Notes under the pieces: model-generated
Database searches by the model: none
Told to the model about the DNA's origin: nothing
Seen by the model: only the letters and a program-made list of their open reading frames with translations
Source: Mycobacterium sp.
GTDB taxonomy: Bacteria > Actinomycetota > Actinomycetes > Mycobacteriales > Mycobacteriaceae
Length of the DNA: 64,000 nucleotides
Reading direction: 5' to 3'
NCBI GenBank assembly: GCA_051306175.1
Contig: JBPPMS010000127.1
Span: forward strand, 4,276-68,275
Shown: positions 9,077 to 18,897 of the stretch, in pieces
Layout of the letters: every line of letters begins with the position of its first letter
Numbering within the stretch: the first letter of the stretch is position 1
Made by a program: the position numbers and the translations under genes

Positions 9077-9277
9077 TCACGCCGTGCGCGACGAACCGGT
9101 GACGGTGTGGGCGCACACGCAGCCGATCACCTCGCAGTGCACCGCGAACCCGTGCAGGACACTCTCAGGGCTGATGCAGTGGTCCTCGGTGCACTCAGCC
9201 CGCAACCGCGCGTGGTGGATGACGGTGCCGTGGCAGTGCGCGATGTCCTCGCGGCATTGCCCGCACTCGTAGCCCAT
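9077..9277 (-). CDS. Small (66 aa) Cys/His-rich putative metal-binding protein
   Basis: MGYECGQCREDIAHCHGTVIHHARLRAECTEDHCISPESVLHGFAVHCEVIGCVCAHTV has 8 Cys and 8 His. Third-position G/C is very strong, so coding is likely. It lies directly downstream of the HExxH gene on the same strand. Confidence 0.5.
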   Translation of the reverse strand: MGYECGQCREDIAHCHGTVIHHARLRAECTEDHCISPESVLHGFAVHCEVIGCVCAHTVTGSSRTA

Positions 9278-9353
9278 GGGCTTTTCCTATCACCGGGGGC
9301 CGACAAAATGGTGGTGCCGCGCCCGGGTTGGTGTGGACCCGTTGGTGTATCGA

Positions 9354-9704
9354 CTACGCCCAGCCGAGCTGATTCAGGCGCTCGTCGTCGATCCCGAAAT
9401 GATGGGCGATCTCGTGGATGACGGTAATCGCCACCTCCTCGACCACCTCGACTTCGCTGTCGCAGATGTCCAGCAGAGCCCGTCGGTAGATCGTCACGGT
9501 GTCGGGCAGCGAGCCCGCGTACGACGAGTCCCGTTCCGTCAGGGCGATGCCCTCGTAAAGACCGAGCAGGTCGCGTTCCTCGGCGTGCCGATCCTCCACG
9601 AGGACGACGACGTTGTTCATCGCGCTGGCCAGCTCGCCTGGAATCCGATCAAGCGCATCGGACACCAACTCCTCGAAGCGGCGCCTGCTCATCCGGACGG
9701 GCAT
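9354..9704 (-). CDS. Metallopeptidase-like (zincin/zinicin fold) protein, Rv3836-like
   Basis: The 116-aa protein carries VIHEIAHHFGIDD (HExxH). Confidence 0.8.
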   Translation of the reverse strand: MPVRMSRRRFEELVSDALDRIPGELASAMNNVVVLVEDRHAEERDLLGLYEGIALTERDSSYAGSLPDTVTIYRRALLDICDSEVEVVEEVAITVIHEIAHHFGIDDERLNQLGWA

Positions 9705-9709
9705 CGCCG

Positions 9710-11143
9710 CTATGGCACCGGAGCGACGGGCTCGACCGGTCCCGGGGGTGCGCCCTGCACGGGCGGGACGTCGGCGGACGGCACAGTGTCAGGCGGCAGA
9801 GTGTCGGGCGGCCCTGGCGTGACGGGGACGACCTCGGGGCTCGGTAAGACCCCCGGTGGGGGCCCGACGCCCGCCGGGACGGCAGGCGCGTCGGTGACGA
9901 TCGTGTTGGTCTGCTCCGGCGCAGGCGTGGCCTCCGTCGTGGTCACCGCGCCGCCGTGCTGAGTCTCGTCCAGGACGCTGTAGTCGGGCTCGGAGGTCTC
10001 GGTCGGCATCTCGGGCACCGGGATGGCGGGGAGATTCAGTCGCTCGTCCGGGATGTCCGGCGGCGGGATGGGAGGCTGGCCGTTGATCAACAGTGGACCT
10101 TTTGCGACGTTCAGCAGCGCTGCCCAGCCGCCGTTGCCCAGCGTCGCGCCGATGCTGCACGACACCTGTCGACTGCCCGCGGCCCAGCTCGGTAGCGAGA
10201 TCGTGCTGTAGATCAGCGTGAGCGTCGTACTGCGCAACTCCAGCGGTGCCATGTACACATCGGTGAGTCGCGTGCACTCCTCTTTGATGAACGCGTTCTG
10301 CTCGGTCTCGGGCGGCAAGGTGTCGCCAACGAAGTGGGCGCCGACGTTCACCGAGCCGGTGACCTCCATCGCGTGCGGCGCGGCGCAGTCGACGGGAATG
10401 TCGTTGGGCTGGTTGGTGGTGGTGTCGAGGCCGAGGCAGGTGCCCGCGGGCCACACCTTGGACTGGTCGATCTCGGCCACCGTGCCCGTGAAGGCCATCT
10501 GCTGGTCGTGGGGACCGGGGAGCTGCAGCCCGCACAGCATGCGGCGTTCGCCGGCCTGCTGCCAGGCCTTCTGACCGGACCACACCATGCTGACCACGAA
10601 GCGTCCGTCCGGGTCGAACCGGGTGCCGAGGTAGCGGCTGACCGCCGCCTGGCACTGCTCCTGCATGATCTGCTTGATCCGTGCGTCGGACGGCGGTGCG
10701 GCGTCGGGGCCGTACTCGCTGCCGGGGAACGTGCGCATATCCACCGATTCGGCCACCTCGAAGCGGTGGTCCTCGGTGCACGACACGATGGAAGCCGCAT
10801 CCGGGGTGCTGTTGTCCGGCCAGTTCAGGCAGTCGCCGGCCTGGGCATGGTTAAACGTCTCGTTGCCGCGCGCGCCGGTACTGGGCACCGGGCCAGGATC
10901 GATGTAGGCGACAATGCGGCTGGGGTCGTCCGCGGTGCCCGGCATCGCGGTGATGAGACCGGCGATCAGCAGGCTGCCGAGCGCAGCCAACAGCAGCGCG
11001 CGGTGCGTCGACGTGGCTCGCAACCGTCGCCACCACGGCTGGTGCACCGCCGGTCTCTCGAACGCGACGGTTTCCAGATCCTGCTGCTCGGACGTGATTG
11101 ACATCGGGGTCCATTCTGACAGGCGTGGCGGGTCCTGTGACAA
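9710..11143 (-). CDS. Membrane-anchored septum-formation-family protein with a Pro-rich C-terminal tail (Rv3835-like)
   Basis: TTG start at 11143. It has an N-terminal TM helix ([19 protein letters not shown]), paired Cys-containing repeats, and a C-terminus reading [28 protein letters not shown]. Confidence 0.78.
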   Translation of the reverse strand: MSQDPPRLSEWTPMSITSEQQDLETVAFERPAVHQPWWRRLRATSTHRALLLAALGSLLIAGLITAMPGTADDPSRIVAYIDPGPVPSTGARGNETFNHAQAGDCLNWPDNSTPDAASIVSCTEDHRFEVAESVDMRTFPGSEYGPDAAPPSDARIKQIMQEQCQAAVSRYLGTRFDPDGRFVVSMVWSGQKAWQQAGERRMLCGLQLPGPHDQQMAFTGTVAEIDQSKVWPAGTCLGLDTTTNQPNDIPVDCAAPHAMEVTGSVNVGAHFVGDTLPPETEQNAFIKEECTRLTDVYMAPLELRSTTLTLIYSTISLPSWAAGSRQVSCSIGATLGNGGWAALLNVAKGPLLINGQPPIPPPDIPDERLNLPAIPVPEMPTETSEPDYSVLDETQHGGAVTTTEATPAPEQTNTIVTDAPAVPAGVGPPPGVLPSPEVVPVTPGPPDTLPPDTVPSADVPPVQGAPPGPVEPVAPVP

Positions 11144-11387
11144 GTGTTACGGATGTAGCGTTATGGGGTTGTGCCCGAAGTGCCCGAAAAGTCGCCGAAC
11201 TGGCGTCCAGGCTGTTCGCTATGGCGCGCGACCGCGACGCCGTGATGCTCGCAGCCTACAGCGGCCGCCAGGGGGGCTGTCGGCGATCGACGCGTCGACC
11301 CCCGTTTCGGGCGGCACGACTACCAGGAGTTGTTCGAGCGCTGACTCTGTGCGGCCCAGCTTCGGCGGCCAAGTAACCTTGCGCGGT

Positions 11388-12641
11388 GTGATCGACCTGA
11401 AGCTGCTGCGTGAGGATCCCGACGTCGTCCGGCGGTCGCAGCGCTCCCGCGGCGAGGACCCGACGCTGGTGGATGCACTGCTGCAGGCTGATACCCAACG
11501 CCGAGTTGCCATTTCCGCAGCCGACAACCTACGCGCCGAGCAGAAGGCGGCGAGCAAGTTGGTGGGCAAGGCCACCAAGGAGGAACGGCCCACCCTGCTG
11601 GAGCGGGCCTCAGCTCTGGCGACCCAGGTGAAAGCCGCGGAGTCCGAACAGGGCGATGCCGAAAAAGCTTTTACCGCAGCACATTTGGCGATCTCCAACG
11701 TCATCGTCGACGGGGTGCCCGCCGGTGGTGAGGACGATTTCACGGTGTTGGACGTCGTCGGGGACCCCCGGGACATCCCGGATGCCAAGGACCACCTCGA
11801 GCTGGGCGAGACGCTGCAGCTCTTCGACATGGAACGCGGTGCCAAGGTGTCGGGGTCGCGCTTCTACTTCCTGACCGGGCGCGGCGCACTCCTGCAGCTT
11901 GGCCTGTTGCAGCTGGCGGTGCGGCTGGCAACGGACAACGGCTTCACCCTGATGATCCCGCCCGTGCTGGTGCGTCCTGAGGTGATGGCAGGCACCGGCT
12001 ACCTCGGCGCGCACGCCGACGAGATCTACCGGCTCGAGGCCGACGACCTCTATCTGGTCGGAACCTCGGAAGTCGCGCTGGCCGGCTACCACCAGGGCGA
12101 GATTCTCGACCTGAGCGGCGGGCCGCTGCGCTACGCCGGGTGGTCGTCGTGCTTCCGGCGCGAAGCGGGCAGCTACGGCAAGGACACCCGGGGCATCATC
12201 CGCGTGCACCAGTTCGACAAGGTCGAGGGCTTCGTCTACTGCAGGCCGGAGGACGCGGAGGCCGAACACCAGCGTCTGCTGGGTCTGGAACGCCAGATGC
12301 TCGCGCTGATCGACGTGCCCTACCGCGTGATTGACATCGCCGCGGGCGACCTGGGCTCGTCGGCCGCCAGGAAATACGACTGCGAGGCGTGGGTGCCCAC
12401 CCAGCAGACGTACCGCGAGTTGACGTCGACCTCGAACTGCACCACGTTCCAGGCGCGCAGGCTCGCCATCCGCTACCGCGACGAGACAGGCAAGCCGCAG
12501 ACCGCGGCGACGCTCAACGGCACCCTTGCGACCACGCGCTGGCTGGTCGCCATACTGGAGAACCATCAGCAGCCCGACGGCAGCGTCCTGGTGCCCGAGG
12601 CGCTGGTGCCCTACGTCGGTGTGGAGGTGCTGGAGCCGTGA
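11388..12641 (+). CDS. serS: Seryl-tRNA synthetase
   Basis: GTG at 11388 is in frame within track ORF 10914..12641. [14 protein letters not shown] opens a coiled-coil tRNA-binding arm. Class II motifs follow: [48 protein letters not shown]. Confidence 0.95.
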   Translation: MIDLKLLREDPDVVRRSQRSRGEDPTLVDALLQADTQRRVAISAADNLRAEQKAASKLVGKATKEERPTLLERASALATQVKAAESEQGDAEKAFTAAHLAISNVIVDGVPAGGEDDFTVLDVVGDPRDIPDAKDHLELGETLQLFDMERGAKVSGSRFYFLTGRGALLQLGLLQLAVRLATDNGFTLMIPPVLVRPEVMAGTGYLGAHADEIYRLEADDLYLVGTSEVALAGYHQGEILDLSGGPLRYAGWSSCFRREAGSYGKDTRGIIRVHQFDKVEGFVYCRPEDAEAEHQRLLGLERQMLALIDVPYRVIDIAAGDLGSSAARKYDCEAWVPTQQTYRELTSTSNCTTFQARRLAIRYRDETGKPQTAATLNGTLATTRWLVAILENHQQPDGSVLVPEALVPYVGVEVLEP

Positions 12642-13495
12642 TCGAGATTCCCTTGAGCGACCTACGCAGCTGGTTCGGGTTCGGAGTGGCGGGCAATTTC
12701 GCCGGCCATCTCGAACAGGCAGGCGAGGCAGTCGATTTCGCCAGCGTCGTCAGCGAGGGGACGGCGCCGAAGGGCATCTTCCCCTGGTACGCACCGGGTT
12801 CGGACACGTTCCTCGGCGAGTTCCCGCTGTCCAACGATGCGCTCGTCGTGCCGGAGGTAGCCGAAGACTTCGGGCCACTGAACCTGCAGATCGAACCCGA
12901 GGTGGCGCTCGCATGTGAGGTGGCGTGGAACGGCGACACCGTCACTGGGCTGCGGCCGTTTGCGCTCGGCGCCTTCAACGACTGCTCGATTCGCAGGCCC
13001 AACGCTCCGAAAATCAGCCACAAGAAGAACTGGGGCTCGGCGTCCAAGGGCGTGGCCGCCAGCTTCTTCGACATCGGCGACCTCTCCGCCGAGGGCCCCA
13101 CCGCCACGTTGCGCCTGGTCTGTTTCCTCAACGGCGAGGGCGGCGACGAGCATGCCTACGGACTGGACAGCCCGCTGCTCGGCTACTCCTATTACGGCGA
13201 GGTGCTGCTCGACTGGATCGTCGACCGGCTGGCCAACCAGAAGGGCTCGGCCGACACGCCGCTGGAGGACGTGGGCGCGTTGATGGTGTCCAGCGGCCAT
13301 CCCGAGCATCTGCTGATCGGCATCGGAGCCACCCGATACACGCCGCTGGGCGCGTCGACCTTCCTGCAGCCCGGCGACGTCTCCCTGGTACGGGTCTACG
13401 ACGCCCTGAGCGACTCGAAATCCGAACTGCGCCAGACGGTGTACGCGGCGACGGTGCTGCGTGACACGCCAGGCGGCCGAGCAGAGAAGGTCTAA
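12638..13495 (+). CDS. Divergent FAH-fold-like (fumarylacetoacetase superfamily-like) conserved hypothetical protein, coupled to serS
   Basis: GTG at 12638 overlaps the serS stop (GTGA). [20 protein letters not shown] and [13 protein letters not shown] loosely mirror FAH-family blocks. The assignment is by eye only. Confidence 0.7.
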   Translation: MIEIPLSDLRSWFGFGVAGNFAGHLEQAGEAVDFASVVSEGTAPKGIFPWYAPGSDTFLGEFPLSNDALVVPEVAEDFGPLNLQIEPEVALACEVAWNGDTVTGLRPFALGAFNDCSIRRPNAPKISHKKNWGSASKGVAASFFDIGDLSAEGPTATLRLVCFLNGEGGDEHAYGLDSPLLGYSYYGEVLLDWIVDRLANQKGSADTPLEDVGALMVSSGHPEHLLIGIGATRYTPLGASTFLQPGDVSLVRVYDALSDSKSELRQTVYAATVLRDTPGGRAEKV

Positions 13496-13830
13496 CGCCC
13501 CAGCAGCTGATCCAGCAGCAGAACGAACTCGTCGGGATTGACCGGCGTGAACGCGGGGCTGGGCCTGGTCCCCGGTACATCGACGGTCACCAGGGTGGAT
13601 TTCAACGGCCTGCGGACGTCCAGCGGCAGCCAGCGGCGCAGATCCGAGCTGCCCCAGATGCGGAACCGGTGCAGCCAGGTGCCCAGCGGCTCAGCCTTGT
13701 ACCCGCGGATCGCGCTCAGCGGGATCACCTTCGCAGTCCCCGATGGAAAGTGGTAGCGGCGCAAGGTGAGTGCGTGGCGGTCGAGCTGGACCAGGCCGTC
13801 GTCGTACTGCTCCGCGTCGGTCGGGCTCAC
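13492..13830 (-). CDS. Small conserved hypothetical protein (about 112 aa)
   Basis: GTG at 13830 overlaps the stop of the upstream MBL-Rieske gene (GTGA). The protein reads VSPTDAEQYDDGLVQLDRHALTLRRYHFPSGTAKVIPLSAIRGYK. Its stop overlaps the stop of the convergent plus-strand gene (CTAA at 13492-13495). Confidence 0.6.
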   Translation of the reverse strand: MSPTDAEQYDDGLVQLDRHALTLRRYHFPSGTAKVIPLSAIRGYKAEPLGTWLHRFRIWGSSDLRRWLPLDVRRPLKSTLVTVDVPGTRPSPAFTPVNPDEFVLLLDQLLGR

Positions 13831-15389
13831 AGTTTCTGGGTCCTCAGCTCGTGGCCCTTGCTGGTCCTGCAGCGGCCGCTGTCGAGGTTCCACTCCCAGC
13901 CGTGCAGATTGCACGTCAGCGTGTTGCCTTCGACCACACCGAATTTGGACAGGTCTGCCATGAGGTGTGGGCACCGACGCTGAATTTCCCAGCCGCCTAG
14001 GGCTATCGACGCGGAGTCATCGTGCGCCTGCGCGAACCAGCCGTCAGCGTACGCGATGCGTTCGGGGGTGAGGCATTTGAAGAACGTATAGAGGTACTCG
14101 TTGTAGCCGCCGACGCGCCAGGCTTGAAAACGCGTGGACAGGAATATCGTGTTCACCCAGTCAGGCTCGCGGTCGCGGAGCACGGTGCGCACCAACTCCG
14201 GCGCCACCGCGAACCCGTACCGGAATTTCTCGTCTGGAATAGCTTCTCGGACCAGCCGTTTGGGGAAGTCCAAGACCACGGTCTCCTGATGGCCTGCGCC
14301 GGTGAGGCGCAATTCCACCGGATAGCCGATGCCGTCGCAGATCTGGTCGCTGGCACTCATGATCGGCTCGAACAGTGCCCGTAGGGGCGCCAGCATCGCT
14401 TCACCCGCAGCGGGCGCCCACGACGCTTTGATGGCGGCCAGCATCGGCGCCATGCGCTCGGCGTAATCGGCGATGTAATCCGCCTTGCTGGTGGTGAAGA
14501 TGGCTTTGACCTCGGCGTCGGGAAGCGGATGCGTAAGCCCGTTCAGCTCGGATCCAGTGAAATCCGCTGTCGAGCCCGGCATCATCAACAGGCCCTTGTC
14601 GTGGCCGTGCTGGCGCATCTGGTCCAGGAACACCATCTGGTCGGGGAAAATGTTGGCGGGATCGTCGTGGTCGTCGTTCATCTCGCGCAGCTCCGGGTCC
14701 AGGAAGCACGGTGGACCCGCCGACGGGACCACCCAGGTGGCGCCCACCTGGGCGATGTACTGCCTGCACCGGTCCATCTGGCGTTGCCGCTTCTGGGTGC
14801 CGAAAGCTTCCTTCGCGCGCGCGGGCATGTCGTAGACCATCGGGTACCAGATGGCGCCCGTATACTGCAGCATGTGCACGTCGACGTGCCCGAATTGGCT
14901 ATCCAGGACCTCCAGTTCAACAGGTCGGGCGTCGTTCATGTTGAACGCGACGGTCGAGCCGTCGGCCACCACCAGCCCCGAATCGCCGATGGGACCGTCG
15001 GCGGGCGCCCGCAACGCGATGATCATCACATCGAGCTCACCTTTGGCGCCGGCCACGCGATGCTTGACCGAATCCTCGGTCTCGAAGAAGTTGGTGAAGC
15101 CGAGCTTCTCGAGCTCGCGTTTCAGCTCCGGCACGGGATAGTCGGGCAGCAGGACAACGGCGTCCTTGTTGACGTGGTCGCGCAGGATGCCGGGATCGAA
15201 ATGGTCTTTATGCAGGTGTGACACGTACAGGTAGTCGCACGCCCCGAGCGCGGCCCAATCGAGGCCGCTGTTGTCCGGGAACGGAAACCACGATGCGAAG
15301 TACGCCGGTGTCACCCATGGATCACAAAGGATGCTGCCGGCGTGGGTCTGGATCAGGAAGCCGGCATGACCGACGCTGGTGACCTGCAC
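13827..15389 (-). CDS. Metallo-beta-lactamase-fold protein fused to a C-terminal Rieske [2Fe-2S] domain (Rv3818-like)
   Basis: VQVTSVGHAGFLIQT...YLYVSHLHKDHFD is MBL-like. The C-terminus RRCPHLMADL...TCNLHGWEW carries the Rieske CxH...CxxH motif. Confidence 0.88.
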   Translation of the reverse strand: MQVTSVGHAGFLIQTHAGSILCDPWVTPAYFASWFPFPDNSGLDWAALGACDYLYVSHLHKDHFDPGILRDHVNKDAVVLLPDYPVPELKRELEKLGFTNFFETEDSVKHRVAGAKGELDVMIIALRAPADGPIGDSGLVVADGSTVAFNMNDARPVELEVLDSQFGHVDVHMLQYTGAIWYPMVYDMPARAKEAFGTQKRQRQMDRCRQYIAQVGATWVVPSAGPPCFLDPELREMNDDHDDPANIFPDQMVFLDQMRQHGHDKGLLMMPGSTADFTGSELNGLTHPLPDAEVKAIFTTSKADYIADYAERMAPMLAAIKASWAPAAGEAMLAPLRALFEPIMSASDQICDGIGYPVELRLTGAGHQETVVLDFPKRLVREAIPDEKFRYGFAVAPELVRTVLRDREPDWVNTIFLSTRFQAWRVGGYNEYLYTFFKCLTPERIAYADGWFAQAHDDSASIALGGWEIQRRCPHLMADLSKFGVVEGNTLTCNLHGWEWNLDSGRCRTSKGHELRTQKL

Positions 15390-15507
15390 TGATACCTCTC
15401 TGCGCGACCTGGCCGTGGACGCCGCGCCGGGTATCAGCTTAATGGCGCACGGGCCGCGGCACCCTTTGCGTACGGAGCGGTCCTGAGGCCCATTAGGCTC
15501 AACGGTT

Positions 15508-16302
15508 GTGGAACCGGTATATGGGACTGTGATTCAGGTCGCGCGGCTGCTGTGGAAGCTGCAGGGTCTGAAGTTCGCCGTGTCCGGCGTCGAGAATTTG
15601 CCTGCCACCGGCGGCGCGGTGATCGCCATCAACCACACCAGTTACTTCGACTTCACCTTCGCGGGACTGCCCGCCTACGACCAAGGGTTGGGCCGCAAGG
15701 TGCGGTTCATGGCCAAGAAGGAAGTCTTCGATGACCGGCTGACCGGTCCGCTCATGCGCAGCCTGCGCCACATTCCCGTCGACCGCGATGCCGGCGGCCC
15801 GTCGTTCGACGCGGCCGTGGAAGCCCTGAACGCGGGGGAGCTCGTCGGCGTGTATCCGGAGGCCACGATCAGTCGCAGCTTCGAGATCAAGGAGTTCAAG
15901 TCCGGCGCGGCCCGGATGGCCATCGCGGCGAACGTGCCGATCGTGCCCCACATCGTGTGGGGGGCACAGCGAATTTGGACCAAGGGCGTGCCGAAGAAGC
16001 TGTGGCGGCCCAAGGTGCCGATCGCGGTGGTCGTCGGCGAACCTATCGCTCCCACGCTGCCCGCGCCCGAACTGACCACCTTGCTGCACGCCAGGATGCA
16101 GCACCTCCTCGAACGGGTACAGGAACGCTACGGCGCTCATCCGCCCGGGGAGTTCTGGGTGCCGCACCGGCTCGGTGGGGGCGCCCCCTCACTGGCCGAA
16201 GCAAGCCGGATGGACGCCGATGAAGCCGCTAGTAAGGCAGCCCGTCGCGCCGCCGCGCAAGGCACCAGCGAAACTACTCGGGACACGGAACCGGAGCAGT
16301 AG
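15508..16302 (+). CDS. 1-acyl-sn-glycerol-3-phosphate acyltransferase family (PlsC), paralog 1
   Basis: AINHTSYFDF is the HX4D-type block and VGVYPEATISRSFEIKEFKSGAARMA is the acyltransferase block III. GTG start. Confidence 0.88.
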   Translation: MEPVYGTVIQVARLLWKLQGLKFAVSGVENLPATGGAVIAINHTSYFDFTFAGLPAYDQGLGRKVRFMAKKEVFDDRLTGPLMRSLRHIPVDRDAGGPSFDAAVEALNAGELVGVYPEATISRSFEIKEFKSGAARMAIAANVPIVPHIVWGAQRIWTKGVPKKLWRPKVPIAVVVGEPIAPTLPAPELTTLLHARMQHLLERVQERYGAHPPGEFWVPHRLGGGAPSLAEASRMDADEAASKAARRAAAQGTSETTRDTEPEQ

Positions 16303-16305
16303 CCG

Positions 16306-17049
16306 ATGGAACCTGTATTCGCCATGTGCGAGATGGCCGCTGAACTGGCGGTTGCCGCAACCGGTACCCGCGTCACTTTTGACGGTCTGGACAACGTCCC
16401 CAAGACCGGCGGCGCCGTGGTGGCGATCAACCACACCAGCTACATCGACTGGTTACCCTCGGCGCTGGCCGTCCGGCGCCGTCGTCGCCGGATCCGGTAC
16501 ATGGTCAAGGCGGAGATGCAGCAGGTGAAGGTGGCAGGCTTCCTGCTCCGCAGGTGCAAGACCATTCCGGTGGACCGGACGAAGGGCGCCGAGGCGTACG
16601 ACGTGGCGGTTGAGCGCCTGCGGGCCGGAGAGCTGGTCGGGGTCTACCCGGAAGCCACGATCAGCCGCAGTTTCGAGCTCAAGGAATTCAAGTCCGGTGC
16701 CGCCAGAATGGCCCTCGCGGCCGACGTGCCGATCATCCCGATGGTCGTCTGGGGAGCGCACCGGCTGTGGACCAAGGACCATCCGAAACAACTCGGGCGC
16801 AATAGGTTCCCGATCCACGTGGTGGTTGGACGGCCTATCCCGGCGGTTGGCGATCCTGACGAACTGGACGCGGCGCTGCGCGTCGAGATGACGGCGCTAC
16901 TTGATCGCGCGCAGGAGAATTACCCCCGCGATGAGGGGGCGTACTGGCTGCCGAAGCGCCTCGGCGGCGGTGCACCGTCGCCCGAAGAGGCCAAACGTCT
17001 CGAGGCGGCCGAGCTGGCCGAGCGGGCCAGAAAGCGCGCGGAGCCGTGA
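16306..17049 (+). CDS. 1-acyl-sn-glycerol-3-phosphate acyltransferase family (PlsC), paralog 2 (tandem duplicate)
   Basis: AINHTSYIDW and VGVYPEATISRSFELKEFKSGAARMA are collinear with the upstream paralog. Confidence 0.88.
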   Translation: MEPVFAMCEMAAELAVAATGTRVTFDGLDNVPKTGGAVVAINHTSYIDWLPSALAVRRRRRRIRYMVKAEMQQVKVAGFLLRRCKTIPVDRTKGAEAYDVAVERLRAGELVGVYPEATISRSFELKEFKSGAARMALAADVPIIPMVVWGAHRLWTKDHPKQLGRNRFPIHVVVGRPIPAVGDPDELDAALRVEMTALLDRAQENYPRDEGAYWLPKRLGGGAPSPEEAKRLEAAELAERARKRAEP

Positions 17050-17053
17050 CCGC

Positions 17054-17869
17054 ATGACCTTGCCGTTGCTGATCGCCAGCGACGTCGACGGCACCTTGCT
17101 CGACTCCGACGAACGGGTGACGCCGCGTACCCGCGCCGCCGTGCGCGCCGCCGTCGACGCGGGAACGACGTTCGTCCTGGCCACCGGACGCCCGCCGCGC
17201 TGGGTCGCCCCGGTGGTCGAGGGTCTCGGCTTCGCTCCGATGGCCGTCTGCGCCAACGGTGCCGTGGTGTACGACTCAGCCACCGATCGCGTGCTGTCGG
17301 CCCGGACGCTCTCGGTTGAGGCGCTGGGTGAACTGGTCGAGATCGCCACGCGCGTGATCCCGGGCTGCGGCCTTGCGGTCGAGCGAATCGGCCGTTCGGC
17401 GCACGACACTGCCACCCCCCAGTTCGTCAGCTCGCCTGGTTACGAGCACGCCTGGCTCAATCCCGACAACACCGAGGTGTCGATCGAGGACCTGCTCAGC
17501 GCGCCCGCGGTAAAGCTGCTCGTCCGCAAGGCGGGGGCGCAGAGTTCGGATATGGCCGCCGAACTGGTCAGGCACATCGGGATCGAGGGCGATATCACCT
17601 ACTCGACCAACAATGGGCTCATCGAGGTGCTTCCCCTCGGCTTGTCCAAGGCCACGGGCGTCGAGGAGGTGGCGCGTCCGCTCGGCATCACCGCGGCCGA
17701 CGTCGTGGCCTTCGGCGACATGCCGAACGACGTGCCGCTGCTGAGGTGGGCGGGACATGGGGTGGCGATGGGCAATGCGCATCCCGAGGCGGTCGCAGCG
17801 GCCGACGAGGTGACGGCCACCAATGCCGACGACGGCGTGGCGCGGGTCCTGGAACGCTGGTGGATGTAG
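17054..17869 (+). CDS. HAD-superfamily Cof-type hydrolase (Rv3813c-like)
   Basis: MTLPLLIASDVDGTLLDS is the DxDxT motif I and FGDMPNDVPLL is motif IV. The ATG at 17054 lies within track ORF 16901..17869. Confidence 0.9.
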   Translation: MTLPLLIASDVDGTLLDSDERVTPRTRAAVRAAVDAGTTFVLATGRPPRWVAPVVEGLGFAPMAVCANGAVVYDSATDRVLSARTLSVEALGELVEIATRVIPGCGLAVERIGRSAHDTATPQFVSSPGYEHAWLNPDNTEVSIEDLLSAPAVKLLVRKAGAQSSDMAAELVRHIGIEGDITYSTNNGLIEVLPLGLSKATGVEEVARPLGITAADVVAFGDMPNDVPLLRWAGHGVAMGNAHPEAVAAADEVTATNADDGVARVLERWWM

Positions 17870-17881
17870 GGCGGCACTTCC

Positions 17882-17926
17882 GGTGCAGGTTGTGCCTGTG
17901 CAGGTTGTGCCTGTGCAGGTTGTGAC
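17882..17926. repeat. Three tandem copies of the 15-mer TGTGCAGGTTGTG(C/A)C
   Basis: The sequence reads GGTGCAGGTTGTGCC TGTGCAGGTTGTGCC TGTGCAGGTTGTGAC. It is intergenic, starting 13 nt after the HAD stop. The last copy recurs at 18898. Confidence 0.85.
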
Positions 17927-18031
17927 GGCCCGATCGGCGAACATGGAGCCATAAGCCGCACATTCGACGGCCGTGTGGATAACTCGACCTGACTGAATAC
18001 CTCCGGGGGCGCGGATGCGCCACAGTGCCGC

Positions 18032-18889
18032 ATGATCGTCGAGCCATTTCGCGGGCGGCAAGCGGTGCGCGACGGGGTGCTCAGCAGGTATCGACTGCAG
18101 ACCGACTACCGCGCGGTGTATCGCGATGTCTACATCGCGAACGAGACCACTATGACCGCGGCTCTGCGAGCACGGGCAGCCTGGCTGTGGGCGCAGCGGG
18201 AAGCGACACTCGTGGGAATCTCCGCTGCCGCTGTACACAGGACCAAATTCCTGAGCGCCGATGGCCCGGCGGAACTCGTCCGCGCCAATCGGCATGGTCC
18301 GGTTGGCATCGTCGTTCGGTCATTCGAGCTAGCACCCGACGAGGTATGCCTGGTGAATCGGATGTCCGTCACAACCCCGGCACGCACCGCCTTCGATATC
18401 GGCAGGCTCCTGCCCGAGCCCAAGGCGGTCCCGATAGTGGACGCGTTGCTGCGGGCGACGCGCATCAGCACCGGCGACGTGACTGTCATTGCCGATAGGC
18501 GCCCGGGCGTCCGAGGTGTTCGGCTGTTCCGCTCGACGATCGAACTGTGTGACGGTGGCGCTGAGTCTCCTCAGGAATCCCGGCTGCGGGTGCTGCTGGT
18601 CAAACGGGGACTACCGAAGCCGGAAACCCAGATCAAGTTCTACGACGAGTACGGCGAACCGTACATCCGCCTCGACATGGGTTGGCGCAGGTGGAAGGTC
18701 GCCGTCGAGTACGACGGCGAGCAGCACTGGGAGGACAGTCGGCAGCGATCCTGGGATATCGACAGGATCGAATTGCTAGAACAGCTCGGATGGATTGTCG
18801 TGCGGGTGAGCGCCGCGATGATGGCGCGGCCTGACCGGATCGTCGCTCGCGTGGTCGAGAGGCTGCGAGACCGCGGCTGCCCCCTGTGA
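18032..18889 (+). CDS. DUF559 (Vsr-like PD-(D/E)xK endonuclease) domain protein with an AbiEi-like N-terminal region
   Basis: The C-terminus reads ESPQESRLRVLLVKRGLPKPETQ...IRLDMGWRRWKVAVEYDGEQHW...DIDRIELLEQLGWIVVRV, which is typical of DUF559. It occupies the slot where Mtb has PE_PGRS62. Confidence 0.8.
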   Translation: MIVEPFRGRQAVRDGVLSRYRLQTDYRAVYRDVYIANETTMTAALRARAAWLWAQREATLVGISAAAVHRTKFLSADGPAELVRANRHGPVGIVVRSFELAPDEVCLVNRMSVTTPARTAFDIGRLLPEPKAVPIVDALLRATRISTGDVTVIADRRPGVRGVRLFRSTIELCDGGAESPQESRLRVLLVKRGLPKPETQIKFYDEYGEPYIRLDMGWRRWKVAVEYDGEQHWEDSRQRSWDIDRIELLEQLGWIVVRVSAAMMARPDRIVARVVERLRDRGCPL

Positions 18890-18897
18890 GCCCGCGA

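Noticed and set aside
9276-9962. 228-aa plus-strand ORF
   Set aside because: It is antisense to the HExxH gene and to the Pro-rich tail of the septum-formation-family gene. Its G/T/P-rich tail mirrors that Pro-rich region.
17882-17926. Possible CRISPR array (also considered for 21012..21236)
   Set aside because: The repeat units are contiguous 15-mers with no spacers and there are no cas genes. The second array is coding sequence within erp.
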